Assembly (NCBI RefSeq): GCF_037042905.1
Contig: NC_087251.1
Location: 44,332,001-44,396,000, forward strand
DNA: 64,000 bases
Direction of reading: 5' to 3'
Source of the DNA: Lytechinus pictus
Lineage: Eukaryota
Positions 39,136 to 53,000 of this stretch are shown one piece after another; position 1 is the first letter of the stretch, and each line of letters starts with the position of its first letter. The notes beneath the pieces are model-generated. The model saw only the letters and a program-made list of their open reading frames with translations, was not told where the DNA came from and did no database searches. A program made the position numbers and the translations under genes.

Positions 39136-40049
39136 TTAATTAAAATATCTTGCCATGGAATTAAGTAATTTCAGCACATATTTGAAAAAGTACTTGTAAG
39201 TACTTCATGTACATAATCATAAACAAATTTTGTGAACATAGAATGTTTGTGTTTGTAAATCTTTGAGAAGAAATCAAACAATAAATTTCTGGAATAGGAT
39301 TTTTACCTCAGTACTATGAAGTTAAGAGAGGCACTCCTATTGAAAAAAAAAAAAGTTGATTTTCACATTCGTACTATTGCACACATACCGTTGCACGGTA
39401 AGGTGGCGTCACTGTAAAAATTGGGATTCAATACATTGCGCTTAGTAAATGCAGGTCCCATTCACTACATGTAGGGCTTATTGTCTAAATGCGCATTGCG
39501 GTGTGATTTTGTTTTTCGCTTTCAATAATTCTTTCTTATTTTCATAGATTTACATAGGAAAAAATTTATTATTTTCGCTAACTTCTGAGGTGTTGTACAA
39601 TATGAATAGCGAATATGTTTCATGAAAGTTCGTCTGTGTTAATTGAAAATGACATCAAGTGGAAACTTTTGATCTCAACACAAAGAAAAATTAGAAGAAT
39701 TACCTTGAAAAATTACCTGCAGTTAGAAGCCGGAAATTTTGAGGTAATTCTTCAAAATTTTTCTTTGTGTTGAGATAAAAAATTTTCAACTTTATGTTGG
39801 TGAATATTCTTATTTGTGCAATGGTGTGACATTTCACATTCGGTGTAAGAAAGAGACACTTCATTCAACTCGGCTATGCCCCATTTGCTATATAGTGCTA
39901 TTTATACCATTTATACAGGCATTTTGAAGTTTTTCTTTTGTCTTTTGGAGAGCGTATCATTGACCTTTGTCATCTGGGATTTCATGGGATTTTGCTTTTC
40001 ATACAATTTTTTAAAGTATTCTATGCATAGTTATCAGGTTTTTTAAATT

Positions 40050-40408
40050 GGGGGCTGTTTCATAAAGCTGTTCGTATAAAGTTAAGAGAGACTTTAAGAA
40101 CAACTGGTGATCCTTTCTTGTAGTAAACGATATTCACCATTAAATGTTCATTGGTGATTATCTAGCGCGTAAGAAAGGTTCACCAGTCATTCTTAAAGTT
40201 GCTCTTAACTTCCAAACAGCTTTATGAAACGCCCACCTTGGGCCCGTTTCATAAAGCTGTTCGTATAAGAGCGACTTTAAGAATGACTGGTGAACCTTTC
40301 TTACGCGCTTAACCATCGCCAATGAATTTACCATTTACCTCAAGAAAGGATCACCAGTCATTCTTAAAGTCGCTCTTAACTTACGAACAGCTTTATGAAA
40401 CACCCACC
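40050..40408. mobile_element. Two adjacent Harbinger-like MITEs (TIR GTTTCATAAAGCTGTT) in opposite orientation
   Basis: Units about 40050-40238 and 40241-40408; interiors are reverse complements. Confidence 0.8.
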
Positions 40409-40439
40409 TGGTTCCTGTTGCATATGAACATTACTACCT

Positions 40440-40975
40440 GATTAGATATTACCTTGATCATTCAGTATTACATGTGCCTTGATTATATATTACTCTGTAC
40501 TGTGCCTTATTGTGGATGTCGTGAGAGGCCCAAGCAATACTATTTGTGATCTATTTTGTAATTAAGTGTGGTTGGTATATTGTGGATGGACATATGAAAA
40601 AAAATTACACTTCAGTGGCTTATAAGTATTAAGTGACAAATTGATGTTGATATGTTTAGGGTTTAATGATAGGAGTACCATTAAGTGTTGAGAAATGCAT
40701 GTTTGGATTAGATATTACCTTGATCATTCAGTATTACATGTAACTTGATTATATATTACTCTGTACTGTACCTTATTGTGGATGTCGTGAAGGCCCAAGC
40801 GATACTATTTGTGATTTATTTTGTAATTGAGTGGTTGGTTTATCGTGGATTGACATTTAAAAAAAATTTAAACTTCAGTGGCCTATTAGTATTAAGTGAC
40901 AAATTGATGTTGATATGTTTAGGGTTTAATGATAGGAGTACCATTAAGTGTTCTGAGAAATGCATGTTTGGTTGT
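40440..40975 (+). repeat. About 266-bp direct tandem duplication, with a decayed third copy to about 41280
   Basis: ATTAGATATTACCTTGATCATTCAGTATTACATG at 40441 and 40707. Confidence 0.85.
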
Positions 40976-41802
40976 CATGGTTTCCTATTGGTATGCAAAT
41001 CAAAGAAAAGTTCACTATCACAGACGGATTCAGTATAATCCTGTAATCCTTAATCCTGTACTACAGAATTATGGATATCATTATGACAAAGGATCACGCA
41101 ATACTGTCGTGTTGTTTAATTTGTAATTGAGTTTGATCCGTTTATTGTGGATGAACATTTTCAATTAATATTAATCAACAAAGTATGTTAATATTTGTAG
41201 GGTTCATCATTAGGGCTACCATAGTATGTTCTGAATAGTAATGTAGATGAGCTTCAGTTGGTAACTTTGGTTGTTATAGTTTCTTATGCATGTTCAAATC
41301 ATATTGTTCTAATATATTGGTCTAATAATCATATTATTTCATATTTAGAATCAAATTTATTTATCATATCTTTTGGCACGTCTGTTTCCTTACTATTCTG
41401 CCATCTTAAACGTTTTTTTTTTAGTTGTAATAATGGGCAAATAAATTCAAACAGAATACAAACAAAATGACCCTGAAAGTATTAATTCATAAGTAAACAA
41501 ATATTCCAGATGATTCTTGTAGAAATCAGAAATTCAGTAATTAGTCAGTATTAAGCAATGTCTTTCTGCCATTATTCAGTGAACATGCTTTTTTTTTACA
41601 AACCACTATTAACAGATGTACCAATGTGTGCTTACTTTTGTTAGTTATTTTCAATCAACTCAGTTTGTTAGCTTTCATTGTTTCACGATGTGTTCTTGCT
41701 TCAACTTTGTCAGAACTTGTTAAATCTAGAACTTTAATATTATAATACCATTTCATTTTGAAAAAAAAACCCAAACTTTTACTCAGGCTTGACTCCAAAT
41801 CC

Positions 41803-42045
41803 AGTCTCACAACCGGGAGGTCGGGGGTTCAAACCCTGGCCGCGTCAGACCAAAAGACGTTAAAAGATGGGAGTTGCTGCTACCCTGTTTGGCGTTCAAC
41901 GATTAAAGGGATAGAGCCTCGTTGATCTGGCGCTGCACAGTGGCTGCCGGGCCCACGATTAATAGGGCAAAGCAAATTTTTGGAGTATTTCGTTTCATGT
42001 CTATTTTGAACAATCAAATATGGATTTTCATTTTCAGATTTTCAA
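41803..42045 (+). mobile_element. tRNA-derived SINE with Meta-domain-like core (5' truncated)
   Basis: B-box-like GGTTCAAACC; core CCAAAAGACGTTAAAAGATGG...TGCTGCTACCCTGTTTGGCGTTCA; (ATTTTC)n tail. Confidence 0.6.
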
Positions 42046-43677
42046 GGGCAAAAATTCTACTTATAACAGTATCAAGAGATACTCGGTCACAAATCTCAAA
42101 ATAAGATTTTGTGTAATCATTACTATTTAATCAAAATTACTTTTGATATCCGAGGTTACAATACACATATGCTAAGTTGAAAATTTGTGTTAAGAGTCCG
42201 ATACTACATAAATCTCTGAAGATATGTATTTTTTTTAAGGAATGTAGAGTATTGGGATCAAGAAGCTTGCAGTATATCATATCTCCTTGAATATCATATT
42301 ACCGAGAATGCACTGAGCCCCAGTGATGGTAGCTCGAGCTAAAGCCTGGGTAATAATAGCAGCGCTTTGTATCCTCAAGCAAAAAGCGCTTTATAATCTC
42401 TCTCTTTATTATCTCTATATATCAGTATTGGCTTTCATTATTGTCATATCGGAAACAATTAGTGTTGATAAATCAGTAAATGCATGCATGTAGTTCATGG
42501 AGATTTAAAGAAAGGAACTGGATTTCAAATCAGATGTTCAGTTTTGGGTAAAAATATTCAGAGTGCAGTCATTCGTCTACTTTTCAGTGTGACTTTCATC
42601 TTTAAGTTTGCAATCTACCTGACAATAATTATTGTTCAGCATGTTTATCAGTGTAATATTTATGTAAAAATTCATCTTTGTAAACAGAAATTATGGAAAT
42701 ATAAAGGCAGAAATATAAAGGAATTAAAGTTATGGTAATACTGAATGGTGGAATTTACAGGGAAGTGTAAATGAAAACATGATTGTACAAATTGATCTTT
42801 GTAAGAGGTAAAATTATGAAGAAATTGTACTACATATATCAAATATTTGTTTTTCTTCCAAAGTCAAGCAGCTGTTACAATTTGTCTGTCACATGGTGCC
42901 TTGCATCAAAGAAACTTGTTATTTATTTATTGTATTTTGTCAGTTCATACATATCTGTTGCATATTTCTTGTTGGGCAATAAAGATATAAAACTATGAAC
43001 AGGGATGTAAAGAGTATTTATTTCATGTTGTACATTTATACTATTAAAACATATGAACAGTAAGATGTACTATGCAAGATACAAGTTTATGTTCTTATTC
43101 CAATCAATATCATAGACACATTAAAGATATGACTGGATATTTGCTTTCAAGGTTTAATTAGATAATAAACAGATTAATATATGAGATAATAATAGATAAT
43201 TACAAAAAACATAAGAGAATTAAACCATGCTCCGAGGCCTTTTCCATTTTCAGCCTGCAATTTTAATATTCATTTATGGAAAGTCTCAGTAAAATAAAAA
43301 GTTATCATCAATACAAATCAAGTGACTTGTCCCTCAGTTCCAATGCAGTGTTGCAATATTTACCTTGCAAATTTTACATTTTTTACCTTTGCAAACATCT
43401 CGCACATTAAACTTGAAATTATTAGATATATTTAATAACCAGATCTGCGACATGACTGCCAAATCAGGGGCCAAAATTATTTTTCTTTTGAACAGAATAT
43501 CATTGTATTTCTAATATACTTTGATACCGTTAGAAGAAATAAACATTGCACTAAATGTGTGTGTTGAGACCGAGTCTTAAGTGGTAAAATGAATTTGAAA
43601 TCAACATTGTTTTAGATGTTAACAATGTCATGCATAATGACAACAGCTTTGTAGAGGATCAAAATAAAACCTGTTAA

Positions 43678-44402
43678 CCCTATCTTAACTGGGCTATTTA
43701 CCAACATATATGGGGGGGGGGGGGTCAATTTGACCCCCCTCAGATCTCAGCCGTTGATAGCGAGATCGCAAAAAATTGCACGCGCATAGAGCCTGATGTA
43801 AACTACAAGACTAGTAAAATTTGCAAAAAATTAATTGCTTAATTTTTTTTTAATTATGCAAATTAGTGTATGAAATTTGCCTTAATTTTTTTTTTGTGTG
43901 TATGTTTTGCCTTTAACTCAACTTATATAACTAGTAAAATGCTAGTTTTTCTTGAACATATAGATTTTTACATTTATAACAAAAATCTACAAAAAAATTG
44001 CCGAAAAATAATTAATTTCCTATGTATCTTATTGTTTTTTTTATTCTTATGTATTTCTTTGTGTATTGTTTTTTCAATGAAATTTGTTGGGAACCCTTTT
44101 GCGATCATAAATAACATAAAATAAATCCATGTAAACCAACAAAAGTAAAAATAATCATACACATGTTTTTTTGTTGACAATTTGACTTTGTACACGTATC
44201 ACGTTTTTTGAGCAATTTTGGGACCGACATGCACATACAAAATATTGCGTAATTTTGGAACCGCGTAGCCGGGCGTTGCAAATTTGATCTCAAAAGATGG
44301 GCAAGACTTGAAAGTAAAAAGTCAGCGAGCAACGCGCGAAAAAAAAATGCGTGGCAGCGTAGAGGGGGGGGGGGTCAAATTGACCCCCCAGTTTAATAAG
44401 GG
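43678..44402. mobile_element. piggyBac-like non-autonomous element
   Basis: TTAA|CCCT...AGGG|TTAA; subterminal palindromes GGGGTCAATTTGACCCC at both ends. Confidence 0.8.
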
Positions 44403-45664
44403 TTAATTCACCTGTCACAACAAAAACAAAAGTAATCAATAAAACTTTGATTTGGTTCATATAAAATATTTATTATTTCATATTAATTCTCATTTAAACC
44501 ATATAATGTAGCTGAATTTAAATCACTTTGAACATATCATTTTATAATCAACACATCACAAATATAGCACTTTGGGTAACAATACAGAAAGCAAAATTTG
44601 AAAAAAACCATACACACCACATACATATATTGGAATGGCTAAGGATTTAAAAGACATGTGAATATAAAAATGCAGTGGGTTTGTCTGGCTTTGAACTCTT
44701 CCAAAACAAAACGAAATATGTTTATAATCTATAATGTAGATTTGAGTGTAGACTAAATTTGACAACATGCATAATTGGTCAAAAAAGAAGGAAATAAACC
44801 ATAGACAGAGGTCTAATGATTTTATCTTTAACTTCAGGGTATTCATTTTAATGCAAGACGAACTTCATCCATTGAATTTTTACAATGAATAACGGCAGGT
44901 ATGCTCATGTGCGTACAATTGTATAGATTTCCATTAATCATTCATTATGGTTTACATATTCTATGATAATCCATAAAAGTCCCACAATTCTATTTCAATA
45001 TCACATCTATTGAATAAATATGCATCTTAAAATATCAAATCAATAATCATAAATTCCAGGTATGATTGATTCATTAATCATCATTTGTGCAGGGGAGGTT
45101 GAATAACAAGAATTTGTGCAAATTTCCAAATTATCAGTCTCATTTTAACTACAATAATTTTCAACCACATGAATTTTGTGCAGGGACAAGCAATCTATAT
45201 GGGTGATCTAATTAGAAGGATTAGATATTGTATGAACAGTGTAAGCATACTGTATATTAAATGCACATCAAGGCTAATTTTTTTTTACAAACTGATATGT
45301 TGTCCCTATTTTTAATACAGCACAGTGAGATCACCTATTTTTCTAATTTGAAATTCCACATGCAAAGGGTCCTTGTTAAAATTTTTGAGCACAAATTATT
45401 CTGGGCAGAAAAAAACGAGTCACATTTTCAACTTATTTGCAATAGACATGTGTTGAATACAATTTTGGAGAAAATGTATGTCATAAAACATGCAGTATTG
45501 TAATTAAAAAAAAAAAAGTATCATGAAATTCTACAAAAAAAGGATCTTCTGCTTGTGAATAGTAATTAGACCTTTCGAAAATTCCTAAATTTCTAATTGT
45601 CTTATTTGCTTAAAAAATTTATCAGTCTGTTCTTTGAATTCATCCTCTTTAAATAAATAAAATA

Positions 45665-45927
45665 ATATAGGATTTGTATAGCACGCGCCTCCACCTTGCT
45701 CGGTGCTAAGGCGCTCCTATATTACCCCGGCTAAGAAAGTCTATTGAGTCCGTTGCACACAGCTTTTAGAGGAAGTACTACCTGCTGGTACCCATTTACC
45801 TCACCAGGGTTGAGTGCAGCACAATTTGGGTGAATTTCTTGCTGAAGGAAAACACACCATGGCTTGGAATCGAACCCAAGTCCTTCAGATCGAAAGACGA
45901 GTCTTAACCACTAGACCACGACGCCCC
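45665..45927 (-). mobile_element. tRNA-derived SINE; related copies at 52865-53117 and 63575-63762 (minus strand)
   Basis: Minus strand reads GGGGCGTCGTGGTCTAGTGG (A-box) and GGTTCGATTCC (B-box), then core AAATGGGTAC and an AT-rich tail. Confidence 0.8.
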
Positions 45928-46471
45928 TATATGTTTTTCTGAATATGTCATTTAAACCAGACTTTTTGTTTCAGTGATGGATATCAATTCAACAATGCGA
46001 ATGGTTTAAGTGTACATCTAATCCAATCCATCTTGCAATGAAATTAACTTTTTTTGGTAATGCAGTGATTATAAATTGGGTTGGGGTTAGCATTGGTGTA
46101 TGTTAAAAGAAGCGATAATCAAACACTCAAGTCTCTCTCGATGTTGGTAGCCATTGACTTCCAAATAATGTCTCAAAAAGCAAGTACTAGTACTTTCTTG
46201 ATATTTATACATTTTCAAAGCGTATTGATTGCAAGGGTCGGTTAAGATTATGAAAATATAATATACCATTAATTCTCAACCAACAACAATATTTCAATAC
46301 ATGATTCGCTTTCATCTAATGCACTTCAGTATCATTATTCAAATGTAAATGTTCAAATATCTCTTTAACAAATTGTCAGCTCTACAAAATAAAAGAGAAA
46401 AGTAAGCATAGTATTAACTTTGTTACTCATATCTGATGCTACAGATCTGCAGAATCTATGATTCACTCTTT

Positions 46472-47094
46472 GGAGGATATTATACAAATATACAATGACA
46501 CTCGAGGATCTGGCTAAAACTATTTGCATCGAAGGAACATCATATATTACTATTCTCCCGAGGGCCATCGGCCCGAGGGAGAATAGTACTATGTGATGTT
46601 CCTGAGTGCAAATAGTTTTAGCCAGTTCCGAGAATGGGTCATTGTATATTTGTTTTATATCCCTTCCACTCATATATATTCTTCATACGATATTCTTCGT
46701 TGATACCCGACTTTTACAGCAAAATGATTTTTAATAAGTCGATGATGGAACAATCATTGAGAAGTTGAGAAAACAATAAGCCTTGCCGTATTGATCGTCT
46801 GTTCAGCGAGCGCACCTGGTTAGTGCAGCTCGCCGAAAGTTGCCCGTGGCATGCAGTAGAGAGTACCGTTGGGCTGAGCAGCGCTCTGCTCGCCTCGCGC
46901 CGCACAGCTCGCAAATCGAGTAGGGGGCGGGGTAAAAAAACGTATAGTTCACTTTTTCCCTAGGGAAAAAATTGACTATGCGTGACGTCAGCAAGGAAAA
47001 TTAACTATTTCATGGCAAACGTTTTTCGTAGTAAAACTATTCTTTTTCTCCTTGTGTACACTCTCAATACAACAATCTTAAATAAGGGATATAA
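46472..47094. mobile_element. Element with a terminal hairpin of about 190 bp (Crypton-like, unclassified)
   Basis: Palindrome 46472-46664 centred on CCGAGGGCCATCGGCCCGAGG; TTATATCCCTT (46654) is inverted to AAGGGATATAA (47084). Confidence 0.5.
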
Positions 47095-48893
47095 TCTCAA
47101 CTATACACAATCCAATGCAGCCATGGAAATGTTGAACGATTAAGTAGTTGTTTGGAGCTAAAAACATCCCTGACTCTGCTGCTATACAGATACACACTAC
47201 TATATTTCATGACATTTCTCAGTTCCACTCAATACCATCCAAACACTCACAAACTAGTACTGAAAGACAATTTAAAACAGTGATCATACTCAAATTGGCA
47301 ACTCTTCTCTATTCGACAAACCCTTCATATTAACAACAAGGCATGATAGAGACACATTATATCTATAGAGCACAAGTACTATGCTCCTCATATTCTATGG
47401 GTGATGTTCTGACCCGGGTTTAACCCAAGTCTAAACTAGAATTTTAAACACTCCTATAGTAGATTTCATAATAATTCTGTCATATTCATGGCAATTACAA
47501 TGTACCAATTAATTCATTAAAATTCATATTTTATTAGTTTCCTATTCTTCACAATTTTTTCAGCTTAAATTGTGTGCTATGACAGACAATGGTCCCTGTC
47601 TTACAAAGAAATGCAATTGATTCAAATAGATCGTAACTATGGAAAGCAAGTGATGCCAAGATTCATCATCAAGGTGGCATGTGCAACGTTCTTTTGTAAA
47701 CAATGATTGCAAGATTGGTCAGATCGATGACAAATGTACAAGCAAATATGAAGGTCCAAATCTATGAAATTAACAAAACCATGGATCAATATACAGATTA
47801 CAGTGAAAGGTCCAATAATAAATGAATGCTTTTTACAAAGGGGCCCTAAATTAAGTGCAATTATACATGAAATATGCACAGTCAACGGTATTTTAACCCC
47901 TCCTGGTTTAAACCTCTTCTGTGCATTTGGGCTGAAGAGTACATGCACATTCTATACACACACAAAAATATGGCCTCATTGGCTTTCCATACTAAAGATT
48001 GATTTAAATCAATCACACCCTTTATGAAGACAGGTTCCTACTTGATAAAACATGAACTTAAATTCAAATACTCTGGTACTAATAAACATGTATATTACGA
48101 GTATAGTCATCAATACCCAATTTCATTCCATAAAATTATATGTAAATAACCATTTAAAATACCCAAATTCTATGCATATACTGTTCAAATTAAGGTTATC
48201 CTTGAGAACCATAATGCTTACCTGAGGTTTGTCAGATATATCAACAGTTAACTATTACAGACTGGTAAGTCATCCACTCATTAATAACAGATTAATATAA
48301 TATTTTGAAAACTAGGTTCCCATTAATAAAAAAAATTGAGAACTTAAAAACTTACAATTTTTTCAAACTCTGGATATAATCAGAAATTGGGCGGAATATA
48401 CTAAATATCGGTATTGCAAGTATTTGTGATAAAAAATTCCAGGTCCACATTCAAACAATGAAGTATCTTTTGGTAGGGCATTTATCCTCATAACCATGTC
48501 CCTTGGAAAGGACCTTAAACCATCAATTCTCTGATTGCTCACTAAGAAGCATTCATGCTTTCTTAGTAGTCGGGTATTTAATTACCACTAACCACTTAGC
48601 ACTATTGCAAATTTTTCTGTTTATATTCTGAATTATAAGAATACATCTTTGGTGTGCTCAATCTCCTCAGTGCGTGGAAAAACTATAGAGATTGGTAATA
48701 TTTCATTTCATGTACATGTATGTACCATCTCGATCCCACATAAATTTGAAACATTTGATTTTTCGTTATGAAAAGTACTTTTACATGAAACCTTCTGACT
48801 AGTTATGCAGCATACTTCCATTTTTAAAATCAACTTTCCTTTCATGGAAAAAGAGTTTATTTTATTGGAAATCACTACACATCAACTCCAAGT

Positions 48894-49986
48894 TCAATTC
48901 TTCCATTTGTGATCCTGTGTTTGAAGAGAAAAGAAAAATACATAGACGTTAGAAAATGGAAAAAGGAGGAAAAGAAGGAAGAACCGTACATACTAATTCT
49001 AAAATATACAAGTAGAGGGGGGGGGGGGGTACATGGTATATAACGTGAGATGCAGACATTAAAGGGGAATGAAACCTTTGGAATAAGTAGGCTTGTGTCT
49101 AAACAGAAAAATCAAAGAATAAGAACAAAGAAAGTTTGAGAAAAATCGGACAAATAATGAGAAAGTTATGAGCATTTGATTATAGCAATCACTAATGCTA
49201 TGGAGATCCTCCCATTGGCAATGCGACAAGGATGTGTGATGTCACAAGTGAACAACTTTCCCTTTGATGGACTCTAAAATACCCTCAAAATGTCTCTTTC
49301 TGCTTTTTCTTGTGGTGATACAAACTCTTTATCCATGATGTATTCTTTAAAAATCTGTATTACATGATCTCCTATAGAAATAACACATGATCTACTGATA
49401 GATGTGATTAAAGAGGCAATTTAAGTGAAATATATACTATAGTAATGGGGAAAGTTGTTCACAAGTGACATCACACATCTTTGTCGCATTGCCAATTTGA
49501 GGATCTCCATAGCATTAGTGATCGCAATATTCAAATGCTCATAACTTTCTCATTATTTGTCCGATATTTCTCAAACTTTCGTTGATCTGTTTCTATGATT
49601 TTTCTGTTTTCACACAAGCTATCTTGTTCCAAAGGTTTCATTCTCCTTTAAAGAAGACCCATATTATTAGCTTAAAATTTGTTTCAAAGCATTGCACTTT
49701 TTCTTGTTGATAAAAACTAGAGGACAGAGTTTCAAAACAGCATTATGGTTTTTTTTCAGTCTGTCCTCCCAGCTGCTCTGGGGCCTGTTGTAGAAAGAGT
49801 TGCGTTTAAACGCAAGTCAAAATATCAAGCGCAAGTCCGAATACGGGTGCTTCATTGGCTGAAAATCAAGTTGCGCAAATTTTTTTGAGTTGTGGTTGAT
49901 CGCAATTCTTTCTGCAACGGGCCCCAGGACTCATTTTGAAGCATACCATAATAAATACCATCATTAACATCACCATCGTCATCATT

Positions 49987-50059
<73 letters not shown>

Positions 50060-53000
50060 CCATCACCATCGTCATCATCATCATCGTCATCATCATCATC
50101 ATCACCATCATCATCACCATCATCATTACTATAATTATTATCAATATCACAATTAAGGAGACTTATGGTGTCTCTGAATTCTCTTTGCTATGAATTTTCA
50201 GAGAGAGAAAGACAGACAGAGAGACAGGCGGATGCACACAGATAAAGATACGTTGTAGACAGGGAGAAAAGGGGACACAAAGAGAGAGAGAGATAGACAC
50301 CATTCTAGTTTACTGGAAACAGATTCAGGAAACCAGTTTGGAAGATTTTGTTGCTAGCATTCCCATTTGATCACACGAAAGTGGTTTTCAAAATCACTTC
50401 ACGTAAAGCGATCTTGTTGCTATGGAAACGCTCTCAGTGGGGTGACATGTTTCGCGCAAAATTCGAAACAGCAGCGTACGCATTTTACACCTGTCGTGTG
50501 GATTAGCGCGCTCAAAATGTGCAAAGAACGCTTCCCGTAGAACGGTTGTGTCCTCACTTACATTAAAACCAGTTTAATGAGGCAAAGCCATCTTGAAAAC
50601 TACATCGCATGGTGGTTTTCTGAACCGGTTTGGAAGATCGCTTCGACCGTTCTCACTACACGTTGAACTAGTTTCCACTATACTAGTTCCCAGTGAACTA
50701 ATTTTAGGAAGGTAGTGAGAACGGTGTCATAGAGAGAAAGAGAGAGAGGCCCTAAAAAGGAATGGAGGAAGATCGAGACAGATAAAGAAATTGGACTCAC
50801 TGTATTCCTTAGGACAATTTCAAAGTGTGTGTCCGCCGGTGTGTTGATACACTGCGGTCTGTATGCAAGTAGACGCTGACGGTCCTTCAGCTGGGCAAGA
50901 GTGTCTATCACTACTACATGAATCTTGAATTTGGTTGCCATGGCAATTCGTGATTCTTTGTCTTCAATGAACATCATATATTTGGCAATGATCTGGGAAA
51001 TAGAGAAAAAAACAAACATTAATTATGATATCGAAATTTCTTGATTACTACCTCATTTTATGTGATCAGTGCATATATAAGCCAATGACTACCCTTTAGT
51101 TTCTATATAGGCTTATGTCTGGATCCAAGTTTTCTATGGTATTCTAAACATTTCATGTTCTTTGTTGCCATTCCAAACATGAAGCAGTTGCAAATAGTGA
51201 AAAACTTAGTAACACATGAGTTTCCATACAGATATAGCTTGGTAACACATGGTGAACGCTGCAAATAGGTTTGATGGGCAGATTTTTCACTCGTGCACAG
51301 TTTTGTTTTCATTGTACTTTTCCTATTTCATTGCCCTTCCGTAAAATACTCTGAATTCTGAATTTTTTTTGTATCACAGAAAACCAGGGGAATCAAGGCT
51401 TATGTGAAAAACAAATGACAGCAGACACTTTTATTTCAGGGATTCAAATTGTATAACAATAAGTTTAAAATCAAATATTTGGTTGTTTGTTTTATTTTAT
51501 TTTCACCTGCAATCATAATAAATACAAAATTGTCAAATTTTTACATGTGATACAAATACTATACATCTCAGACAAATACAAGACATAATTCAACAAAAAT
51601 CTACAGTAATCTACAAAAATGCAATAGAAAGGTACAATCAAATATGCACATTAATCCAAGTTCATCAAACATTGTGTAATTGCAAAACAAAGGAACAAAT
51701 ACTTTAATTGAAAGCACAAACAAAAATTTATTTGCTTACCTCTGTTGGCGCTTTGACTGTTACAAGTATATAAACAACTTGACTGAAAGTGACTGCTGCC
51801 TTCATTTTAGCTTTACCTAACCAGTTCTAGAAGGAGAAAAGGGGGAAAATTATGATGGACACACAAACGACATACATGTAACAACAAAACAGTACTGTTT
51901 GAAACAACACAATCATCTCGTTAATTAAAATACAAAGGCTACTGATCACAGGATGCTTTGAATAAGAAATATGAATTATTAAAAATCAAGCAAACATTTT
52001 GAAATGTAATATAATTTATTTGAATAGATATGAATGTATATTCATTCAGATAACAAAAAGAAGCTAACAGTTCATGCATTTTTTTACAAATAAATGCTTT
52101 ATTAATGCATTTTTGCAAATAAATGCTTTATTAATACATTTTTTTGCAAATAAATGCTTTATTAATGCATTTTTTGCAAATAAATGCTTCATTTAATTCA
52201 AAATGTTGATGGCCCTCCTTTTTCAGGAGTTTATTTAAAACTTGATTTATTGCAAACTTGGTTATATCACAAACTTATTCAGATAGATAAAAATCTAGTT
52301 GATGTATGCTATAAATATACATATGATTATTAAATTGTTTCAAATTGATTTGAATTTATTTTCTGCATAAGGAAGGGATGCCTGTTTGAAACGAGTATTG
52401 TGTCTAATCTGGCTCGATCCACCAATGTTTGGGATGTCCATAGATATAGAGTGTCAGATTTGAAGGATGCACGTGTGTAAATACAAATGGCGCATGCCAA
52501 TACCCACACAGGCAAAAAAAAAAACCAACATATACTTGAAATATTCCTTGTACTTACTTTGGAAGTTAATAGGGCTTCTACCTGAGTCCAATCCTTGAGT
52601 TTTGCCCTGGCCAGCAGTGCTTGGAATAAGAACTGTTTATCTGAAAGGTTGAATTCTCTCTTCAGAGTTTGTGGATTGCTCATGTCAGACTGTTGAAAAA
52701 AGAAGGAAAATACAGTAGGTGAAAAAAGTGACTTGTTTCGAGCCAGATTGGTTGAATTCTCTCTTCAGAGTTTGTGAATTGCTAATTTCTGACTGAAGAG
52801 AGACGGAGGAAAATAGTTGAAAATAATATTAATAATGATGATAATAATAATAAAAATAATAATATGCAACATTTATATAGCACTTAATACAAATGTTTCT
52901 AAGCTCTGCATACTATTTACCCCGGCTACCCTGATCAGGCGCTCGAGCATTCAAGGAATTCCTTCCTACAGAGTACCCATTTTCTACACCTGGGTGGAGA

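Noticed and set aside
45860..45927. tRNA-like sequence (also 55370-55444 and 53050-53117)
   Set aside because: Degenerate cloverleaf fused to SINE core and tail: SINE heads, not tRNA genes.
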